Below, piece after piece: positions 55,497-64,000 of a stretch of DNA of 64,000 bases. How positions within the stretch are numbered: position 1 is the stretch's first letter; each line of letters opens with the position of its first letter. Source of the stretch: a virus; IMG/VR virus record IMGVR_UViG_3300027749_000058, positions 32,001 through 96,000 of that record; one strand, 5' to 3'. A program made the position numbers and the translations under genes. Under the pieces are notes generated by a model, which saw only the letters and a list, made by a program, of their open reading frames with translations, did not search any database and had not been told where the DNA came from.

Positions 55497-56240
55497 ATGA
55501 AAATAAATAGAATAAATGAAGCTACAGGTTCAGGATCTGCTGGAAGTTTTAAAAGTCCGGCTAGCTTTGCTCCAATTATTTGGACTGAAGATGAAACCGC
55601 TCCATTTACAATACCTGTTAGTGAATATCTAAATGCCACTTTGGCATATGATAGTTATGATGGAACGATGGATATTAGCCAAAAAGAAATAAATTCTATT
55701 GAGAATAAAACAAAAAGATTGGCGTTAAAGTCACAAAAAGATTTTCAACAAACCGATGATGATGGAAATAATTTTAACGGATATAATCCACCAGGTCCTG
55801 ACGGTGGAGGAACTCCTGATTATATAAAAAAAATTGCTAAATTACCTAAATCAGATACACAGCCAATTTACGATAAAAAAGATTTGGCAATTAACCTTAA
55901 AGAAGATTTGGCTGTTTGGTTCGGAACAAAGAAAAAACCTAAAGGTAGTAAGCAACCTGCAGGTCCTTGGGTTAATATATGTCGTAAAAAAGAAGGTGGA
56001 GGACATCCTCCATGTGGTAGACCTGAAGCAGGTGATAAGGGATATCCAAAATGTAGGGCCGCTGGAGTTGCAAGTAAAATGAGCGACTCTCAAAAAAAAT
56101 CAGCATGTCAACAAAAAAGAACTGCAGAAAAAACACATTCAAAATCAGGTACAGGTAACAAACCTAAAATGACTCATTACAAACCTAAAAATGAATCTCT
56201 TAAAGATTTAATTAAAAAAATATTAAGAGAGTCCCTCTAA
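55497..56240 (+). CDS. late protein with basic Cys-containing C-terminal domain
   Basis: EDLAVWFG...WVNIC...PPCGR...YPKC; ends NESLKDLIKKILRESL. Confidence 0.7.
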   Translation: MKINRINEATGSGSAGSFKSPASFAPIIWTEDETAPFTIPVSEYLNATLAYDSYDGTMDISQKEINSIENKTKRLALKSQKDFQQTDDDGNNFNGYNPPGPDGGGTPDYIKKIAKLPKSDTQPIYDKKDLAINLKEDLAVWFGTKKKPKGSKQPAGPWVNICRKKEGGGHPPCGRPEAGDKGYPKCRAAGVASKMSDSQKKSACQQKRTAEKTHSKSGTGNKPKMTHYKPKNESLKDLIKKILRESL

Positions 56241-56624
56241 TATTTTTGTTAATGAATGTTTAATATTATTGGTAATTTTATCTTCTAATTCAATTTTTTT
56301 CTTTTCAGAAATTTCATCAAATTTTCTTAATATTTTACTGTAACACTCATTATTTTCCATATATATGCTATAACTATATACGTGATTGATAATATGTACA
56401 ACTCTATTTTCAATAGTAATTGCCATACCTTTTTGTTCATTAATAATAAATCTTTTTTCGGATACTGGTGCAAAGACTAAATCTGTGTCTTCGTAGTCAA
56501 GAACTTTTAACACGATATTCGTACAAGTATCTACTTCTTCTGGTATAGGAGGTTTTGGGTCAAATTTATTTTTCAAATATAGAAAAATATTGAATAATAT
56601 TCCTGAATTTTTATTTGTTTCCAT
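56223..56624 (-). CDS. hypothetical protein
   Basis: 133 aa; TATATTTG 4 nt upstream. Confidence 0.7.
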   Translation of the reverse strand: METNKNSGILFNIFLYLKNKFDPKPPIPEEVDTCTNIVLKVLDYEDTDLVFAPVSEKRFIINEQKGMAITIENRVVHIINHVYSYSIYMENNECYSKILRKFDEISEKKKIELEDKITNNIKHSLTKILEGLS

Positions 56625-56651
56625 TTAACAAATATAAATTAATTTTTTGAA

Positions 56652-57131
56652 TTAACAATATGCTCCTGAACAATGTTTTTTACCGTCTAATCCTTTTATT
56701 TTACCCTTACATACTTGAACTCCATAACCTGAACTATACGCACTTGGAAAAACTTTAAATTTAGCTTTAGCTGCAGAATACCCTCTTGCACAAAGTTTTG
56801 TGCCAGTTTTTTTTCTACCTTCAGATAATGAATTTTCTTCCATATCCTCATAATCAACATATTCAGATTCTTTATCCATTTCATTTTTAAAAAAATCAAA
56901 TACTTGGTCAATATTTGTTTTAGCTTCAGTTATATGGTCGTCAGCCCAATCATGACCATGTTGAATAATATTATCTATTTCATTTGGGTCCATCTCAAGC
57001 ATCATTTCACATTGTCTTTTGATTTGCTTTAAATTACTAAAGAACATATAGTTTACTTCTTCTTGTTCTTTTAAAACTTTCTTTACAAGAATGTTTAAAT
57101 CTTTTTCTGTTAATTTTATTATCTTATTCAT
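56652..57131 (-). CDS. late protein with KFKVFPSAY basic domain
   Basis: MNKIIKLTEKDL; LCARGYSAAKAKFKVFPSAYSSG. Confidence 0.7.
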   Translation of the reverse strand: MNKIIKLTEKDLNILVKKVLKEQEEVNYMFFSNLKQIKRQCEMMLEMDPNEIDNIIQHGHDWADDHITEAKTNIDQVFDFFKNEMDKESEYVDYEDMEENSLSEGRKKTGTKLCARGYSAAKAKFKVFPSAYSSGYGVQVCKGKIKGLDGKKHCSGAYC

Positions 57132-57132
57132 T

Positions 57133-58644
57133 TTATTTTTTATTTACAATATTAAAAGTTAATTGTTTTTTATAAGTATCTTTTTCTCCAGAAGTATTTA
57201 CTTGAATATCAACATAATATTGATTTGGAATTTTATCTCTCATATCAAATATAAAATAATATTCATTTGGCGTTCTGTTAATAGGAGTCCAATCTTGAAC
57301 TTGAACTTCAGTAGTTCCTTCTTTAACATATACTCTATAAAAAGCAGATACATTTTCTAAAAGTTGTTGACCTGTATATGCCCTCTTAATCGTTACACCA
57401 ACTTTACGAATATCGGAATTAAGAATTTGTTCGTTTTGTAATATACCATAAAAACTGAATCCGAATTTTTTAGGGTCTTGAGACAAAGTTCCAATTTGGA
57501 TACCAGCACGATACTGTTGTAAAATAAATTGGTTTTGTACGTTTGGTACACACTGTCCATTAATTGTTAAACCTGACCATACATCATAATACATACAAGG
57601 TGTTGCACCTGTAAAATTATTTGGTACTACAACTTCATAAACACCTTTAGTTCTTAAACAAGTTGATAATGAAACCATTCCCGGAACTGCATCCCCGCCA
57701 TTAGTTTCAATTCTTACAAATGGATCGGAATCCAGATTAACCAAATCTCCATTTTGATAAACATATAAATATAGTTTGTTTACTTGGTTTTTTAAGAATA
57801 AATTTCTATCATCTTTAATTAAGTCATCATAATTTGTTAATAAAAATGGTTGATAAAATGTTTGAGTGTCTTTTGAGAAAAAGGCTACACTATAACTGTC
57901 GGTTAATCCTGTGATGTTTTCTATTTGAGGTAAGTAGGCCAAACCCCATCCTGTAACACCTGTAATAGACCCATTTAATACACCGTTAATTTCGGCAGTC
58001 ATATCCATATTAAGGTCTTCATTTCCAAGTTCAAAATGTTGTGTTGCAATAATATGTATTGGATTTGTACATCCACTAAAATTAACTAATCCTTCACATT
58101 TATTATTATAAATTCCTGGTTGAGACCAATTATGTATTGTTGTTGTTTGATACCAGTTTGACGGTCTTGTTGAGAATGATCTGCTATCCACATAAGTAAG
58201 TGGTGTAGAACCCCCAACGGCACTATTTTTTGCCAAATTAAAATCATTATAATCAAATCCCACACCTTCATCCCAGTATTGTGGATTTCCCGTATCTCCT
58301 GATGTTTTTGGTATTCTAAATAATATTAAATCAAATGATGTTGCCCTTCTTCTTTCATTTGACATGAATGTGTTAAGTAATTCATTATCAAATGATGATG
58401 TATTTGTCATTTGAAGGGTATGGGTCATTGCCGAAGTACATCCTGTTGATATAACCCCCGAAGCGATATCTTCTTTTAATAGTTTTAAATCCAAATTAAA
58501 GATATATCTTGTATATCCGTAGTTGGGAACAACATAATCTGACGCACCAAAATTCAACTCAACAATGGGGTTCCTTGCTGTGTTAACATATGAATTTGAT
58601 GTGATAGTATTATTTTTATCTATGTATGACCTTAAAATTGACAT
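57133..58644 (-). CDS. putative structural (tail/baseplate-region) protein
   Basis: 503 aa, beta-rich; TATTTAT upstream; next to the gp5-like gene. Confidence 0.55.
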   Translation of the reverse strand: MSILRSYIDKNNTITSNSYVNTARNPIVELNFGASDYVVPNYGYTRYIFNLDLKLLKEDIASGVISTGCTSAMTHTLQMTNTSSFDNELLNTFMSNERRRATSFDLILFRIPKTSGDTGNPQYWDEGVGFDYNDFNLAKNSAVGGSTPLTYVDSRSFSTRPSNWYQTTTIHNWSQPGIYNNKCEGLVNFSGCTNPIHIIATQHFELGNEDLNMDMTAEINGVLNGSITGVTGWGLAYLPQIENITGLTDSYSVAFFSKDTQTFYQPFLLTNYDDLIKDDRNLFLKNQVNKLYLYVYQNGDLVNLDSDPFVRIETNGGDAVPGMVSLSTCLRTKGVYEVVVPNNFTGATPCMYYDVWSGLTINGQCVPNVQNQFILQQYRAGIQIGTLSQDPKKFGFSFYGILQNEQILNSDIRKVGVTIKRAYTGQQLLENVSAFYRVYVKEGTTEVQVQDWTPINRTPNEYYFIFDMRDKIPNQYYVDIQVNTSGEKDTYKKQLTFNIVNKK

Positions 58645-58664
58645 TTAATCTTTTTCAATAAATA

Positions 58665-60245
58665 TCAATTAATACGAATATTCTCATTTAAAACTTTTGT
58701 AACCGCATTTTGTAGTTCTGTAAGTATCTGAGTTGAAGATGTTCCGTCTTGAGTCACAGGAACTGGAGGTAATCCAGGATATGCATGTGTATGTGTTAAT
58801 AAGAACCTTGTAATTAAATTTATTAATTCTAATAATTCTTCACCTCTAACAGTACTTGATGTATTTGGCATTATATCATCAGAAAACTTATCATTAGAAA
58901 TACCATATAAAGTATCATCAAAATTAATTTTTTTCTTTCCTGGAATGGCAGTCTGATGTGACAATAAAAATAATTTATCACCACCAAGAGCAGAATATGT
59001 TTGTGGGGTTCCATAATATTTTGATTGTGGAACAATAACTTTTTTTGTATCCATTGGTGTTCCAACAGTATCTTTCTTGTAAATTAACCCATATCCTGAT
59101 TGTTTTAATGGTGCCAATAATTTTACTTGAGAATAAATGTTTGAAACATTATTAAATTCAATAGTTTTTATGTCTGTGTTTGATGGTGAAATATATGAAT
59201 AAGTTTTATTATTTGGTCTATAAAATATTGGATATCTATCTGTTAAAGTTGCAGGAAATAATTGATTACCTTCTTTTGTAACAAAATCACTATTACATGA
59301 TTTAATAAAGTTATTAATGTAATTAACTGTATCTGTTTTACTTAATCCAAAAAATTCTTGAAAGGTAACTAAAGTTTTTAAATTTTCATTAATGATAGAA
59401 TCAACAGTAACGTTTTGAGTATTTGTTGATAAATCAGGCTTAAGTTGATATAAATAAACCCCACCCGTAAATAAATCATGAGTATTTTCTGGATTGTCTA
59501 TAGACCATTCTACAAGATATCTAACAATTAAAACTTTTTCTTCTATCTCTAAATATGTTTTTGGTTCCAATGGAATTTTAACACTTTGAAATCTTGAAAG
59601 TTGTAGAAATCCTCTCTGTTGATTTGCAACAGGAATTACATTTGGCTGTAGTTGTTCTCCTTGGAATTTTCCCGATCTTAATAATACTTCATTTTCTTTA
59701 ATAATTAAATCTGCACTTCCTCTTCCTAAAAGTGCATTATCACCTGGCTCAGGGAAAACTCCCTTATGTACACCTTTTTCTGTATAAACACCACTTGTAT
59801 TGCTTCCTGCTGTTGCACTACCCGCAACTGCTCCTGATAAAGTACCTATTGTGTTTTTTAATGGTTTTGGGTTTTCAATTTGCATACCCGTACCCGTAAA
59901 TTTATTTGCACCTTCTTGATATGTAAAAAAAGATGATGTTGGAGAATAAAAACTATTTTGTACGTAGAATTGATTTTGATATTTAAAATCTTTATTCACA
60001 TACATTATTTGTACCAATTCTTTTATTTTTGGTACTTGATAAATAAAATATGGTAATAATGGATTAAATATAAAAGGGTCTCTATCTGTCCATGCATCTT
60101 TTACTTCATTCCAAGGTGGGTCATCAAAACTTCTTATAAGGTCATTATAGTTGTCAGTTAATAAAGTTCCTCTAATTCTACCTAACATAAGAGGATCATT
60201 ATTATCTAAAACTAAACATTGAAAAAATATTGGTCTACTACTCAT
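58665..60245 (-). CDS. putative baseplate hub/spike protein (gp5-like)
   Basis: N-terminal DNNDPLMLGRIR OB-like motif; VRGEELLELI...THTH near the C-terminus. Confidence 0.65.
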   Translation of the reverse strand: MSSRPIFFQCLVLDNNDPLMLGRIRGTLLTDNYNDLIRSFDDPPWNEVKDAWTDRDPFIFNPLLPYFIYQVPKIKELVQIMYVNKDFKYQNQFYVQNSFYSPTSSFFTYQEGANKFTGTGMQIENPKPLKNTIGTLSGAVAGSATAGSNTSGVYTEKGVHKGVFPEPGDNALLGRGSADLIIKENEVLLRSGKFQGEQLQPNVIPVANQQRGFLQLSRFQSVKIPLEPKTYLEIEEKVLIVRYLVEWSIDNPENTHDLFTGGVYLYQLKPDLSTNTQNVTVDSIINENLKTLVTFQEFFGLSKTDTVNYINNFIKSCNSDFVTKEGNQLFPATLTDRYPIFYRPNNKTYSYISPSNTDIKTIEFNNVSNIYSQVKLLAPLKQSGYGLIYKKDTVGTPMDTKKVIVPQSKYYGTPQTYSALGGDKLFLLSHQTAIPGKKKINFDDTLYGISNDKFSDDIMPNTSSTVRGEELLELINLITRFLLTHTHAYPGLPPVPVTQDGTSSTQILTELQNAVTKVLNENIRIN

Positions 60246-60448
60246 TATAATCTACTTTGGTATTCTTTTAATGAATTATCATATAATTCTTCTAATTTAT
60301 CTAAATGATATGTCATTGAAATAATATTTTTTTTAACCTCTTCAAATTCTAATGATAATAAATCCATCATTATAACTAAATTATTATTAGGTAAGTTTTT
60401 TAAATCTTTTTGATCTTCAATTATTTTATTAAATTCGTCTTTAGTCAT
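60245..60448 (-). CDS. small coiled-coil protein
   Basis: Start moved to 60448 (MTKDEF). Confidence 0.65.
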   Translation of the reverse strand: MTKDEFNKIIEDQKDLKNLPNNNLVIMMDLLSLEFEEVKKNIISMTYHLDKLEELYDNSLKEYQSRL

Positions 60449-60449
60449 A

Positions 60450-62531
60450 TTATCTATCTTTACTATATGTAAATGAAACTCCAGTTGCACCAAGTGTTAC
60501 TGAATCAGTAACACCATTTTCTGTTTTTTCTTTATCAGCACCTTTATGGATTGCCTTCATATAAAAATTCATTAAATTTGGAGAACCATCAGGTAATGTT
60601 CCTGTTGGAACACCTACTTTTTGTAAAAATTGAATTGTATTCACACTTGATCTAGACGGATCTGTGCCAGGTAAAAAATCAGTAAATGGCATTAAAAATA
60701 ATGGAATTTTTGGTCTTTTAATTGGTAATCCATTAATTAAACTTAAAAGAGCCTGAATGTCGTTTAATAAAGATTTACATTCCCTAAAATCTTTAATTAT
60801 TTGTGTAATTGTTATTGCCAATTGAACTAATCTTAAAATCATTGTATATCTTTTTGATATTTGATTTTTGGCAATATCTCCAATGATTATTGATAATAAA
60901 TTAATAATATCTTTTTTTAAGATATCAAAAAGAGTTTTTAAATAAATTGCACCTATTTCCGATATAACATTAATATTAAATGTTCTAAATTTACTTAAAA
61001 AATCAACTCCATTATTAATAACATTATTTGTTTGATTACCGATGGTATTGCCAGAAGCAATATTTGTATTACCTGATGTTATTGCTTGATTAATACTATT
61101 TGTTGCACTGGTTTGTAAAACAGATAACATTGTGAATATAGGTAATAATGTTTTTGGTGTTAATACTCCTGCAGCTACGGCCAAAGGAAGTTTTTTTAAT
61201 ACATTAGTATTAATTGCAACATTCACATTAAAATTAGCGGGAACAAATAATTTCCAAGAAGGGTTTTGAGAAATACTGTCAATAATATTTTCCATTGCAG
61301 TAACTTTTTGTTCTGAAGTTAATCCTGATTGTTGTAAATTAAAATTACCTAATTGTTGTGTTAATGATTCATAATCTACCGGCAATTTAACATTATTACA
61401 ATCTTCAAATTCCATTACACCATTTTGTACATTATTAATTGTAATATCTATATTTCTTAAATCTGATTCAGTAGGTACAAAAAATTCATCATCAACACCA
61501 TCTAGTTCAGCAACTTTGGCAACTCCACTCACATCAATCTGTCTTCTAAAATCAAAACAAAGTCCTAAAATTCTTTGAGCTATTAACGCAAAAGATGATT
61601 GATTTCCAATATCCGCAGGACCAAGTCCTGATTTTGTACTTATAGCACCCGAAAGTAAATTAACAATTTGTAAAGTAATATCCGATGAATCAATCAATTT
61701 AATTGTTGAAAAATAATCATTTAAAAAAGGTCCGACTTTATTCATAGGATTACCTGACCCATCTTCTCTATCTAATAGTATGACTCTATAATAATCTCCT
61801 GAAACACCAAATTCATTTGTTTTTGTATACTGAATATCAAACAAATCTTGATTTGAACTTCCTTTATAAACTTGTCCATATTCCTGTTTAAATGATCTGT
61901 TAACATTTGTGGCATCTAATCTTTGATACAATTCTTTATTCATTGGAAATGGTACATCTCCACCATAAGGCTTGTATTTCGTACTTGTTGATGGTGTAAA
62001 TGCCTCATAATAAGCCTTTCCAACAGGAGAATCGGGAGAATTTTTTAAATTACCAAAAAAATCTAAACTTTGGACTGGAATATAAATTCCTTGTTGAACG
62101 GGAAGTTGTTGCATTGAACCAATTTGTTCATATTGGGATTTACTAAATCCTTTAAAAGTTTGTTGTTGAGAACAACCTAACGCCTTTAAAGCATTTTTTG
62201 AAAAAATATTTTTTATTTCAGGTTCAATTTTAACCGAAGCTTCTAAAAATTTTTTTCTTAAATATCTAAAAGATTCTGGTCCTTGTCCATTAGTTTTACC
62301 AAATAAATTTAAAAGTTCATCCATAGATGTTGGTGCATCTCTTTCAAATCTTTTTTGTTTATCTGTAATACTATTTAATCCTTTTGAAATTTTAGACGCA
62401 GCTTGGGATGCCGAATCTGCAGCTTTATTTAATATACTTTTTTCTGATTGAGAAGATGTGTTATAATCTTTAATAGCATCCAATTGATTACCTACATCTT
62501 TGAATCCTTGAGATATATCTGGTGCTGGCAT
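60450..62531 (-). CDS. large putative structural protein
   Basis: 693 aa in a late operon. Confidence 0.6.
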   Translation of the reverse strand: MPAPDISQGFKDVGNQLDAIKDYNTSSQSEKSILNKAADSASQAASKISKGLNSITDKQKRFERDAPTSMDELLNLFGKTNGQGPESFRYLRKKFLEASVKIEPEIKNIFSKNALKALGCSQQQTFKGFSKSQYEQIGSMQQLPVQQGIYIPVQSLDFFGNLKNSPDSPVGKAYYEAFTPSTSTKYKPYGGDVPFPMNKELYQRLDATNVNRSFKQEYGQVYKGSSNQDLFDIQYTKTNEFGVSGDYYRVILLDREDGSGNPMNKVGPFLNDYFSTIKLIDSSDITLQIVNLLSGAISTKSGLGPADIGNQSSFALIAQRILGLCFDFRRQIDVSGVAKVAELDGVDDEFFVPTESDLRNIDITINNVQNGVMEFEDCNNVKLPVDYESLTQQLGNFNLQQSGLTSEQKVTAMENIIDSISQNPSWKLFVPANFNVNVAINTNVLKKLPLAVAAGVLTPKTLLPIFTMLSVLQTSATNSINQAITSGNTNIASGNTIGNQTNNVINNGVDFLSKFRTFNINVISEIGAIYLKTLFDILKKDIINLLSIIIGDIAKNQISKRYTMILRLVQLAITITQIIKDFRECKSLLNDIQALLSLINGLPIKRPKIPLFLMPFTDFLPGTDPSRSSVNTIQFLQKVGVPTGTLPDGSPNLMNFYMKAIHKGADKEKTENGVTDSVTLGATGVSFTYSKDR

Positions 62532-62532
62532 T

Positions 62533-62898
62533 TTATTTTAATTTATAATTTTCTTCTTCTTTAGAAACATCTTTATCAATTAAATTTTGAATTAAATCGT
62601 CATCTAAATCTGCAAGTGAAAATGATTCAGTATTTGTATTTGATTTTTCCCAAATCCCAGATTGGAGTTTGGAAAGACTTAATTTTTTTTCAACACAATC
62701 ATTAACAATTTTTTGTTGTTTTTCAATTACAGGACCAATTGTTGTCATGTCTTCAGGGTCTTTCAACATTGCCAACATTTTATTTTGGATTCTTATTGCA
62801 GTATTTCTTTGTTCCACTAATTCATTATAAATTTCTTGCATTAGTGATAAGATGGACTCTTTACTAAAATTAATTTCTTTTCTTTGTGGTCTAGGCAT
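62533..62898 (-). CDS. hypothetical coiled-coil protein
   Basis: 121 aa; TATTTAT upstream. Confidence 0.7.
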   Translation of the reverse strand: MPRPQRKEINFSKESILSLMQEIYNELVEQRNTAIRIQNKMLAMLKDPEDMTTIGPVIEKQQKIVNDCVEKKLSLSKLQSGIWEKSNTNTESFSLADLDDDLIQNLIDKDVSKEEENYKLK

Positions 62899-62917
62899 AC
62901 TGATAAATACTTTTTTA

Positions 62918-63685
62918 TTAATTTTTCATTCTAGTTTGAATTATAATATATAATTTTTTAAATCTTTTGATTGAACTTCTAATTTCTTTAGTACTTAAAT
63001 TAGTCATTTCTCTAAGGGACAACAAAATAACATTTTTATTAAATTTATTGTTATCTGCACCTGAAAATATAGTTTGATAATTATCAAATAAATCAATTAA
63101 GGCATAACCTAATTTTTTTTCATTGTCATTAAGATTTTCAGAATCAATAAAGTCTTTTAGTTCTTGTAAATATTTTATAATAATGGCGTCACTCTCAACA
63201 ATATCGTCGTCAATTCTATAACTCATATCAGGTCTTTGCTCTAAACTTGATGAGATATCTTCATATGATATTTTTCTATTTGTTTCTTTTTGGTCTTTAA
63301 TAATTTGACCCATTAAATAATTTTTACAAATAGTTCCAAAATAAGAATAAGCTTTTTTATTTTTATCAGGCTTAAATTTATCAACTTTAGTCATTAAGAA
63401 CGAATGAGTGTCAGTATGGATTTCAGTAAAATCCATATCTTTACGATACAATTTATATCGTCTAATAATTGATGAAATCATCTTATCAAGAGGATCTTTT
63501 AAAAATTCATTGTAAATTTTATTTTTATCATATGAAGATTCCGCAAGTAAAAAATTTCTTACTGCGGTTTCTTCTCTAACATCAAAATAATTTTCTTTAA
63601 CTGCTTTTCTTCCTCTTTTTTTTGAAGAAACATCTTCTGTTGCAGCAGACAATATTTCTGTAACTGCAGATAGTGTTTCTATCAT
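62918..63685 (-). CDS. phage late sigma factor (T4 gp55-like)
   Basis: NYFD...KVDKFKPDK...AYSYFGTICKNYL resembles sigma region 2 of gp55-type factors. Confidence 0.65.
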   Translation of the reverse strand: MIETLSAVTEILSAATEDVSSKKRGRKAVKENYFDVREETAVRNFLLAESSYDKNKIYNEFLKDPLDKMISSIIRRYKLYRKDMDFTEIHTDTHSFLMTKVDKFKPDKNKKAYSYFGTICKNYLMGQIIKDQKETNRKISYEDISSSLEQRPDMSYRIDDDIVESDAIIIKYLQELKDFIDSENLNDNEKKLGYALIDLFDNYQTIFSGADNNKFNKNVILLSLREMTNLSTKEIRSSIKRFKKLYIIIQTRMKN

Positions 63686-64000
63686 TATACATTTTGTGAT
63701 TGATATTTTATGACTCTATCGTCATTAAAAAAATATTCTTTTTTTGCGGTTGCTACCCAAAATTTAACCTCATCTTCTAACATTTTTGGTTCACTATTTT
63801 TATAATTCCAAAATATTGAACCTTCTCTTAAGTTAGTATGTTTATATGCCAATCTTGGAATTGTCATAATTGATACTGAATTATAAGTTAATCTTAATAA
63901 AAATTCATATACAAATGTAAGTTTGATTGATCCCTTAAATCCTCCAAAGTCTTCAATAACAGATTTTTTAATTACAGAACCTGCTGTTTGAAAATTTTGA
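63685..64000 (-). CDS. glycosyltransferase family 2, C-terminal part (5' end outside the window)
   Basis: Frame open to the window edge: GSVIKKSVIEDFGGF...YEFLLRL...IPRLAYKH. Confidence 0.6.
   Translation of the reverse strand, partial: QNFQTAGSVIKKSVIEDFGGFKGSIKLTFVYEFLLRLTYNSVSIMTIPRLAYKHTNLREGSIFWNYKNSEPKMLEDEVKFWVATAKKEYFFNDDRVIKYQSQNV

Noticed and set aside
1-64000. Stop-codon reassignment, as in some large Bacteroidota phages
   Set aside because: Core genes are full length in the standard code, TAG and TGA end well-packed ORFs, and I found no suppressor tRNA.

Overview
AT-rich 64-kb segment of a large T4-like (myovirus-type) phage, almost certainly infecting a Bacteroidota host. Evidence for the host: many TTTG-N19/20-TAnnTTTG promoters, no Shine-Dalgarno sites, a Bacteroidia-type bS21 with Tyr54, and a lipoprotein with D-S/T-x glycosylation-type motifs. 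It uses the standard genetic code. The window holds the head module (terminase, portal, bS21, prohead protease, scaffold, major capsid protein), probable baseplate genes, a gp55-like late sigma factor, ThyA, RNA-repair-type enzymes, ClpP, an N-domain-less ClpC, Hsp20, a tmRNA, 13 tRNA genes (one interrupted by a 25-nt insertion), several tRNA-like and structured non-coding elements, and many late-expressed hypothetical proteins. The most striking observation is missing from the ORF track. A host-type promoter drives a 32-codon leader peptide (22693-22791), followed by a trp-operon-like 1:2 / 2:3 / 3:4 attenuator, an intrinsic terminator and a boxA-like site directly in front of the main tRNA array. 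Leader codons 7-21 contain a cognate codon for all ten intact downstream tRNAs. This suggests a ribosome-stalling sensor that switches on phage tRNAs when host tRNAs are depleted. All calls come from reading the sequence; no database searches or folding programs were run.
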